DNA from: Rebecca billardiae RCC1528
Lineage: Eukaryota > Protista > Haptophyta
Direction of reading: 5' to 3'
Assembly (NCBI GenBank): GCA_965240325.2
Contig: OZ251231.1
Location: 1,426,001 to 1,490,000, forward strand
Length of the DNA: 64,000 nucleotides
The position numbers and the translations under genes were made by a program. The notes beneath the pieces were generated by a model, which was given only the letters and a program-made list of their open reading frames with translations, was not told where the DNA came from and did no database searches. This document shows, one piece after another, positions 55,401-64,000 of this stretch. The stretch's first letter is position 1. Each line of letters begins with the position of its first letter.

Positions 55401-58400
55401 GAGCGCGCCGGGTCGACGTGCCACGAGTACGTGGCGGGCTGCAGGCCGCCGCCCACGGACGCGGAGCCGTCGAGCCGCAGCGGCTCGTCCGGACACGCCG
55501 ACAGCTGCGTCGGCCCGACGAGCGCCGCCACGGGCGTCGGGCAGCGCGTGAGGCACGGCGCGTCCGCGTCCACGGTCGCGCCGGCGCCGTGCGGCGTGCA
55601 GAGCTCGTGCGGGCATGTCGCGTTCGACGCGGCGGCGGGCTTGAGCACGCCGCCGCGCACGCCGACGCGCGAGCCCGGCCCGAGGGTCGAGCGGATGCTG
55701 AGGCCGACCACGAGCGTGCTGCCACCCTCCCAGTGGCACATGGGCTCGTCGGCGGGCGCGTCGGCGCCGTCGCCGCGCAGAGCGGCGACCGTGTCGTCGT
55801 CGAGGACGAGCCGGCACGGCTGCTGCCCCACCATCGCCGCGCGGTTCGTCGGCTGCTCGCCGAACTGGACGACGAGCTGCGTCGCCTCGTCGTTGAACGC
55901 GGCAGATACGATCTCGGGCGCGTGCAGCCCAACGAACGTGAACCACACGCCCTCGCCGCCGCCGCCGCCGTCGGCCGGCGCCGGGTGGAACTGCTGCCCG
56001 TTGAGCGAGACGCGCACGCGCGCGAACCCCTCCGCGCCGTAGCCGGTGCGCAGCGAGATCGACGCGTCGTCGGCGCCGAGCGTGGCCTGCGCGAGGGTGG
56101 GGCCGAGCCGGACGAGCGGCGCGGGCGCCTCCGCCGTGCTCGCCGCCAGCGCGCCGAAGCCCGAGCCGGACACGACGGCGGTGAGCCCGCCGATCGCGAG
56201 CCCACTCGACGGCGAGATTGCAATCACGACGGGCGGCTCGTAGAAGACGAACTGCGTGGGCGCGGCGGCGGTGGAGGCGGCCGAGCCGGCGTTGAGCGAG
56301 AGCGCGAGCGAGGCGTTGCGCGCGCCGCCCACGGCCGGCGTCGTGCACACCGCGCGCGCCGTGCCGTCCGACAGCGGCGCGAGCAGCGTCGCCGCCACCG
56401 AGCACTCCGCTCCGCCGTCGAGCACGCAGCACAGCTGGCCGTCGCCAAAGTCGCGGAAGCCGCCACCCAGCAGCGTGACGCGCGTGCCCCCGCCGACGGG
56501 CCCGCCCGGCGGCCAGATCGCGTCCACGCGCACGGCCGAGGGCTCGTACAGCTCGACTCGCAGCGCGTCGAAGAGCTCGGGCACGGCGTTCGCCCCGCCG
56601 TTGAGCGAGAGCCGCAGCGAGTAGAGGCCAGCAGGCGCGCGCGGCGGCGTGTGGCAAGCCACGCGCGACTCGCCGAGCACGGCGCCCTGCACGTCGAGCG
56701 CGGCGGCGCCGGGCGCGCTGAAGGTGCACACGGTGGCGCCCAGGTCCACAAAGCCCGCGCCGCGCAGCTCGAGCGCCGTGCCCGCGCCGACGGGCGCGCC
56801 TGCGGGCGAGGCGCCGTCCACGCGCGCCGTGTACAGCTGCAGCACTGCGCCGGAGTCCGTGTATGCGTGGCCGTCGAGCGACACCTCGACGCCGATCGAG
56901 CGGAGCGGCGACAGCGGCGAGATGTACACACCCTGGCAGACGAGCGCCGACGCGCCGGCGTCCGGCATCGTCGCCTCCACCGCCTCGCCCACGCCGCCGA
57001 AGCGCACGCGCAGCCCGCCGTAGTCGGCGAAGTTGGCCCCTTGCACGCTCACGGTCCCGACCTGCGCGCCGCGCGGCCAGCCGGGCGGCGCGAGCGAGTC
57101 GATCGTCACGGCGCTCAGGTCGTAGTAGGCGAAGCCGTCTGCGGCCAGGATCGGGTCGAAGGGGCGGCCCGTCTGCGGGTCGGCGAGCTCGGCGAGGATG
57201 CTCACCGCCACCGCGCCCGCCTCCGCGCGCGCGGGCGCGGCGCACTCAAGCCGCGTCTCGCTCACGCTGAGCACCGCCGCTCGCGCGCCGCCCACGAGGC
57301 AGGTGATGTTGCCGAGCAGCGGCGCGGCGCGCGAGAAGCCGGAGCCGAGCAGCGTGATGGTTGTCGGCGCGCCCACCGCCGCGCCCGTCGGCACGACGCG
57401 CTCGATCTCGGCGAGCGCCAGCGGGTCCGCCGGCAGCGCCACCGACAGCGCCGTCCGCGGGAAGAGCGCCGCCGGCAGCGCTCCGCCGCCGTCGCCTCCG
57501 CCGCCTTCGCCGCCTTCGCCGCCGCCGCCAAAGCGGTAGCACAACAGGAGGCCTGTGTGGGTCGAGGCGAAGGTGAAGTTGGCGGCGCCGCCGCTGACGG
57601 TGGCCGTGACGTTCTCCACCGCGAGCCCCGGCTGCGCGCACGCCGCGCTCCCGCCGCCCTCGCCGAGCGCCACCTCGCGCCGCACCCACCACGCCAGGTC
57701 CCCGTCCATCAGGCCGACGCCCCCGAAGCGGACCGTCTCGGCCGCGCGCACGGCGCCGATCGCGACGCGCGGCGTGCGCACCTCGAGCACGTCGAGGCCC
57801 TGCAGCTGCGCGTACAGCCGGAAGGGCTTGTCGCCGAAGGCGTAGCACAGCCTGAACCCCAGCCCGCCCGCGCTGGGCAGGAACGTGTGCCGGACGCTCG
57901 CGCCCTCGCCCCCGCCCTCGCCGAGCGTGACGGGCTGGCTTCCGCCAAACATCTCGAGAGGGCCGCCCTCGCACGACGTGGCGGAGGCGGGCACCCAGAA
58001 CGCGGCGTCCGCCGCGGAGACGCCCGCGCCGAGCAGCGTCGCCGTGTGCGCCGTCCCCACCACCGTGCGGTTCGGCCCGCCCACCGCGCGCAACCCGAAC
58101 ACCTCCAGGGTAATTCCGGAGTAGGCGCGCCAAGGCTCGGCCGCGTGCCGAAAGCACAGCTGCAGGGCGCCGTCGCTCGGGCTGAGCGGCGTGAACGCGG
58201 CCTCGCCGAAGCGGACGGTCCACGCGCCGCCGTACTCGGGCCTCGCGCCCGACTCGGCGCCCTCCGCCGCCGCGCACTCCGCCGCGTCGCGCACCCAGAA
58301 GCCGCGGTCGCCGTCGGCGATCCCAACGCCCACCAGCGGAACGGCCTCGGCCGCGCCCGCGACCGCGACGGTGCGCGCCGGCCCTTGCACCTCGGCGACG

Positions 58401-61400
58401 ACGAGGCGGTGGTCGGCGTACAGCGCGAAGGGCTCGTCGCGGTGGCGGTAGCAGAGCCGCGCGTCGGCCACCGCGCGCCCGAAGCTCACCGACACCTCGC
58501 CGCCCGCCGGCACCTCGGCCTCTGCGAGCGGCGCGGCCGCAGCCGCTCGCTCGCACGCCGTGGCCGTGCCGTTGGCGAGCACCCAGCGCGCGGCGTCGCC
58601 CGCCGAGACGCCGACGCCGCGGAAGGCGAAGGGCTCGGCGACGGCGAGGACGGCGAGCGTGCGCCGCGCGCCGCTCAGCCCGAGCACGTCGAGCGTCGTG
58701 TTGCCGTACAGCGCGAACGGCTCCGAGCCGAACCGAAAACAGAGCACGCGGCCGGTGCCGGCGCGGCCGGCAGTTGGCAGCGGCGCCGCACCGCCCGCGA
58801 CGAGCTGCGTGCCGCCTGGCGCGTTGGCGGCGGCGCAGCTGTCGGCGGCGGCGCCGCTCTGCACCCAGCGCACCGCGTCGCCGTCCGCGACGCCGTACCC
58901 GCTCGGCACGAACGCCTTCGCCACGCCCTTCACCGCGTCGACGTGCGAGCGCGCGCGCGCCAGTCCGCGCACATGCAGCCGCGCGCTCGAGTAGAGCACT
59001 TCGCTCTCGCCTGCAAACGTGTAACACAGCTGCAGCCCGCTGGGGTGCTCGGCGGTGGTGGCCGTCGGCGTGAAGCGGAGGGCACCGGCCGCGTCGACGA
59101 GCAGCGCGCCGCCGAACGCGCCGCCGCCCGCGTCGCCCGCAGGCTCGTCGGCGCACGCCGTCGCGTCGGCGCGCACCCAGCGCGCCCGGTCGCCGGGCGT
59201 AATGCCGACGCCGCGCAGCGGCACGGCCTTGCCCACGCCAGCGACCGCGATCGTCTCGGCGGGCCCGGAGATGTCGAAGACGTCGAGCTCGAGCGAGGCG
59301 GCGGCGGACGCGTTCACGTACACGCCCGTCCCTTCGAAGCGGAAGCACAGCGCCAGGCGGAGCGCGGGCTCCGACGGCGTGAACAGCGCCGCGCCGCGCA
59401 CAACGCTGAACTCGCCGCCCAGCGCATCGGCCGCGCCGCCGGCCGCGCACGCGGCCGCGCCCGGCGGCGCCCAGTACGCCGAGTCCGAGCCGCCGAGCCC
59501 GACGCCGCTGAGCGCCAGCGCCTCGGGCACGCCGGCGACCGCGACCGTGCGCGCCGGGCCCGTTACGCCGAGCGCCTGCAGCGTAGGCCGCGCGTACGCT
59601 CGCCAGCCCGACCCGCGCGCTCGCTCGAAGCGAAAGCAGAGGGCGAGTGTGCCGTTCGGCGTGGGCGGCACGGCGCGCAGGGTGAAGCGCGCCCAGCCGT
59701 CGTCGTCGACGGTGCCCACGCCGCCGTACGCGCCGAGCGCCTCGCCCGCCGCGCAGTGCGCCGCGTCCTCTGCCCAGAAGAAGCCGTCGCCGCCGCCCAC
59801 GCCCACGCCCGCAAGCTGCACGGCGACGGGCGCGCCGACGGGGGCGCGCGCGCTCGCCGGGCCTTGCACGTCGAGCACGTCGAGCGCGGCGGCGTGCGCG
59901 AAGAGCGCCGGCGGCTCGGTGTCGCTGAACTGCACGCACGGCGCGAAGCCGAGCCCGGCGCTCCCAAACTCGAAGCTCGCCGTCCCGTTCGCGTCGAGCG
60001 GCCGCGCGGCCGTCGAGCCCGCAGGCGCCTCGGCCGACGCAGCGCACGCGTCCGCGCCCGCGCCGGGCGGCAGCCAGCGCACGAGCACGCCGCCGGCGCG
60101 CACGCCGACTCCGCTGAGCGAGATGGGCGTGGGCACGGCGCGGAGCACGGACACGAGCGCCGGGCCGTCCACGCCGAGCGACGCGAGCGTGTGCGCGCGC
60201 ACGAGCACCGCTCGCTCGCCTCGGAACGAGTAGCAGAGCAGCAGGCGCGACGCGACGACTGTGGCGGTGAGGCGCACGGCGCCGCCTGTGCCCACCTCGA
60301 GCAACCCGCCGTACTGGGCGCGCGGCGGCTCGCTCGCGCACTCGAGCGCGGTGCTGTCCACCCACCACGCGCGGTCGCCCGGCCCGACGCCGCGCCCGGC
60401 GAGGCGCAGCTCCTTCTCCACGCCTGACACGATCGCATGCCGCGTGCCAAACCGCGCGCCGCCGCCCTCGCCCTCGCCGCCGCCGCCGCCACCGCCGCCG
60501 CCGTCGCCGTCGTCGCCGTGATCGTCAAAGCCGAGCAGCTCGAGGGTCACGTTGACGCGCGCGGCGCCGAGGCCGGCGAACGCGTAGCAGAGGGCGAGCC
60601 GCGTGCCGCCGCCCGGCGCGAGCGACGTGAACGTTGCCACGGCGCGCGAGCCGACGACGGCGAGCTCGCCCGCGCCACCGGCGTCGGAGGCGGCAGCCGC
60701 CGAGCAGTTGGCACTGCCGTCTGACGCGTCGATCCAGCGCGCGGTGTCGCCCGTGGCCACGCCGAGCCCGCTGAAGCTGAGCGGCGTGGGCACCCCCGCG
60801 ACCGCGAACGCGCGGCTCACGCCGCGCAGCTCGAGCACGTCGAGCAGCACCGTCGGCTCGGCGCGCCACGCGGCCGTGCCGTTGCGAATCGTGCACAGCA
60901 CCGCCGCCCAGCCCGCTTCGTCGAACGCCCACTCCAGGGCGCCATCCGGCGGCAGCGGGATGCCCGCGGGCCCTCCGAACGCGTCGGAGGACGGCAGCGA
61001 GCAGTTCGCCGTGCCGAACGGCGCCCAGCGCACCGGCGCGCCGGGCGAGAGCCGCTCGTCATCCAGCGGCAGCCGCAGCGTCACGCGCGAGCCGACGAGC
61101 GCGCGCAGCGAGGTCGTGTTGTAGCGGAGTGGCGGCGGCGGCGAGGGCGGCGGCGGGCTCGGCGGCGGCGGGCTCGGCGGCGGCGAGGGCGGCGGCGAGG
61201 GCGGCGGCGAGGGCGGCGGCGCGGGCGGCGGCGAGGGCGGCGGCGCGGGTGGCGGCGCGGGCGGCGGCGAGGGCGGCGGCGTGGGTGGCGAGAGCGGCGG
61301 CGGCGACGGTGGTGACGGCGGCGGGAACGGCGAAGCGCGCGGGGGCGGCGGCGGGCTCTGAGGCGGGCTCGGCGGCGGCGGGCTCGGCGGCGGGCTCGGC

Positions 61401-64000
61401 GGCGGGCTCGGCGGCGGGCTCGGCGGCGGGCTCGGCGGCGGGCTCGGCGGCGGCCCCGGCGGCGGGCTCGGCGGCGGCGGGAAGGGGATGCATTCCGTGC
61501 CGTCATTGATCTCGGCGGCAGAATCGAAATTCGACATGGTCGGGTCGACGCACCCCTCGAACACCCGGCGCGGGGTGGCGACGAGCGGCGCGCCGAACGC
61601 CGCGGCGAGCTGCGCGGCCGAGGCGGCGCGCAGCACGCCGATCACATCCGTCGCGCCCGGGCCCGACGGTTGGTACAGCCGCAGCACCACGCGCGCGGAC
61701 GCGGCCGTCACGGAGTGCACGCTCACCCAGCCGCGCGGCACGCCAGCCAGCGCCGCCGCGCCGGCCTCGAGCTCGCTCTGCGCGGAGGGCGAGCTGAGCG
61801 CGTCGACGTCGGCGTCGAGCGTGATGGCCGCGTACACGGTCGTGCCCGGTGGCGCGGGCGGCGGCGGCGCGGGCGGCGGCGGTGACGGCGAGGGCGGCGG
61901 CGGCGGGCTCGGCGGGGGCGAGGGCGGAGGCGTGGGCGGCGGGCTGGGGGGTGGCGACGGCGGCGGGCTCGGCGGCGGCAGCGGGGGCGGTGGGCTCGGT
62001 GGCGGGCTCGGTGGCGGCGAAGGCGGCGGTGCAGGTGGCGGGCTTGGCGGCGGCGACGGCGGTGGGCTCGGCGGAGGGCTCGGCGGAGCGCCCGGCGGTG
62101 GCGGGCTGGGCGGAGGCGAAGGCGGTGGGCTCGGCGGCGGCGACGGTGGCGACTTGGGCGGCGGCGGACTCGGTGGTGGGCTCGGCGGTGGGCTTGGCGG
62201 TGGGCTTGGCGGAGGCAGCGGTGGCGGCGGGCTCGGCGGCGGGCTCGGCGGCGGCGACGGCGGAGGGCTCGGAGGCGGCGAAGGTGGCGGGCTCGGCGGC
62301 GGCGACGGCGGAGGGCTCGGAGGCGGCGAAGGCGGCGGTGAGGGCGGCGGTGCGGGCGGCTGGCTCGGCGGCGGCGGGCTGGGCGGCGGGCTCGGCGGCG
62401 GCGACGGCGGCGGGCTCGGCGGTGGCGGCGACGGCGGCGGCGACGGCGGCGGCGAGGGCGGCGGGCTCGGCGGTGGCGGGCTGGGCGGCGGGCTGGGCGG
62501 CGGGCTGGGCGGCGGGCTCGGCGGCGGGCTCGGCGGTGGCGATGGCGGCGGCGACGGCGGCGGCGACGGCGGCGGCGACGGCGGCGGGCTGGGCGGCGGG
62601 CTCGGCGGCGGGCTGGGCGGCGGGCTGGGCGGCGGGCTGGGCGGCGGGCTCGGCGGCGGGCTCGGCGGTGGCGATGGCGGTGGGCTCGGCGGCGGGCTTG
62701 GTGGTGGGCTCGGCGGCGGGCTTGGTGGCGGCGATGGCGGCGGGCTCGGCGGCGGGCTCGGCGGCGGGCTCGGCGGTGGCGATGGCGGCGGCGACGGTGG
62801 TGGTGACGGCGGCGGCGAAGGCGGCGGGCTCGGCGGCGGGCTCGGCGGCGGACTTGGCGGCGGGCTCGGCGGCGGGCTCGGCGGCGGGCTCGGCGGCGGG
62901 CTCGGCGGTGGCGATGGCGGTGGGCTCGGCGGCGGGCTTGGTGGTGGGCTCGGCGGCGGGCTTGGTGGCGGCGATGGCGGCGGGCTCGGCGGCGGCGATG
63001 GCGGCGGGCTCGGCGGTGGCGATGGCGGCGGGCTCGGCGGTGGTGATGGCGGCGGCGACGGCGGTGGTGACGGCGGCGGCGAAGGCGGCGGGCTCGGCGG
63101 CGGGCTCGGAGGCGGGCTCGGCGGCGGGCTTGGCGGCGGGCTCGGTGGCGGGCTCGGTGGCGGTGACGGCGGCGGTGACGGCGGCGGGCTCGGCGGCGGG
63201 CTCGGCGGCGGGCTCGGCGGCGGGCTCGGCGGAGGTGACGGTGGCGGCGACGGCGGCGGGCTCGGCGGTGGCGCAGGCGGCGGGCTTGGCGGCGGGCTGG
63301 GTGGTGGGCTTGGAGGCGGCGGGCTCGGCGGTGGCGACGGCGGAGGCGATGGCGGCGGGCTCGGTGGCGACGTTGGAGGCGGCGGGCTCGGCGGCGGCGA
63401 AGGCGGCGGCGAAGGCGGCGGAGACGGGGGCGGCGACGGGGGCGGACTCGGCGGCGGGCTTGGTGGCGGGCTTGGTGGTGGGCTCGGCGGTGGGCTCGGC
63501 GGCGGGCTCGGCGGCGGGCTCGGCGGCGGGCTCGGCGGCGGGCTCGGTGGTGGCGACGGCGGTGGGCTAGGCGGCGGAGGGCTAGGCGGCGGTGACGGCG
63601 GGGGACTCGGCGGAGGGCTTGGCGGTGGTGACGGCGGCGGGCTCGGAGGCGGGGTCGGCGGAGGACTTGGTGGCGGGCTCGGCGGCGGCGGGCTGGGCGG
63701 CGGACTTGGCGGCGGCGACGGTGGAGGCGAGGGCGGCGGGCTGGGCGGAGGTGAGGGCGGTGGGCTCGGTGGTGGGCTCGGTGGTGGGCTCGGCGGCGGT
63801 GGGCTTGGCGGTGGGCTTGGCGGCGGGCTCGGTGGTGGGCTCGGCGGCGGGCTCGGCGGAGGCGAAGGCGGCGGGCTTGGCGGTGGACTCGGAGGCGGTG
63901 ACGGCGGTGGGCTTGGAGGTGGAGACGGCGGCGGGCTTGGTGGAGGCGAGGGCGGCGGCGGCGAGGGTGGCGGCGAGGGTGGCGGCGAGGGCGGCGGCGA
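48295..64000 (-). CDS. Giant polycystin-1-like receptor 2 (5' end beyond window): SPPP stalk, 12 Cys-containing ~95-aa repeats, IPT/TIG, REJ, EGF-like, GPS, 5 TM, EF-hand pair
   Basis: The Pro frame appears open from 64000 into the 4302-aa ORF. GPS is CQYWD...W...GC...CACDHL/TDF and the EF-hands are DADGSGQVDIDE and DLDADGLVSFAE. Introns at 48829-49087 and 48436-48588 join TM4/TM5 (LAIAWLAVW..., SLGVE|EPIII), collinear with paralogue 1. Confidence 0.88.
48863..48958. repeat. Intronic 20-bp minisatellite (gtgygcggtcagtggtgcgt, about 5 copies)
   Basis: Directly visible inside the predicted intron 48829-49087. Confidence 0.85.
51180..51475 (-). repeat. Three ~30-aa coding repeats (RVLAPAALTPRSQVARISPEEGAEVG) in the cytoplasmic loop of receptor 2
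   Basis: Near-identical units at both DNA and protein level. Confidence 0.85.
61850..64000 (-). repeat. Coding (SPPP)n extensin-like array of receptor 2, truncated by the window
   Basis: 12-bp ggcggcgggctc-type units run continuously to the window end. Confidence 0.95.

Noticed and set aside
30902-60427. Long Arg/Ala-rich ORFs (1518, 1231, 2717, 1040 and 945 aa)
   Set aside because: They are antisense or frameshifted shadows of GC-rich genes with no recognisable motifs.
1-64000. tRNA, rRNA, transposase, reverse transcriptase or viral hallmark genes
   Set aside because: None was recognised by eye. Dedicated scans would be needed to exclude them.

Overview
This is very GC-rich, gene-dense eukaryotic DNA with GT-AG introns (donors mostly GTGCG). 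The composition and gene content suggest a GC-rich alga, possibly a Pavlovales haptophyte such as Diacronema, but this is inference only. The left 17 kb holds a 5'-truncated WD40-kinase-RING/RBR-like fusion, a Sel1-repeat/MYND protein, a NYN(YacP)-INSIG-like fusion, a catalytically dead calpain, a COMM-domain gene, a low-GC non-coding island, a secreted unknown and a CFAP161-like ciliary gene. From 17.9 to 64 kb lies the most notable part. Six sulfotransferase-like domains of about three subfamilies, a GT-A glycosyltransferase and an alpha/beta-hydrolase are interleaved with two tandem giant polycystin-1-like paralogues. Both paralogues share an SPPP extensin-like stalk, IPT/TIG, REJ, EGF-like, an intact GPS, the PKD1-type TM1-5 module and an EF-hand pair, and both lack PLAT and the channel module. 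Paralogue 1 (about 5,326 aa after my splicing) starts with a 7-blade RCC1-like propeller whose five introns all split the same Cys codon, carried on a ~2,000-aa poly-Pro shaft. Paralogue 2 has 12 copies of an unrecognised ~95-aa Cys-containing repeat and runs off the window. A 138-bp inverted repeat (2 mismatches) brackets three of the glycan-modifying genes. Most ORFs in the supplied track are GC or repeat shadow frames.
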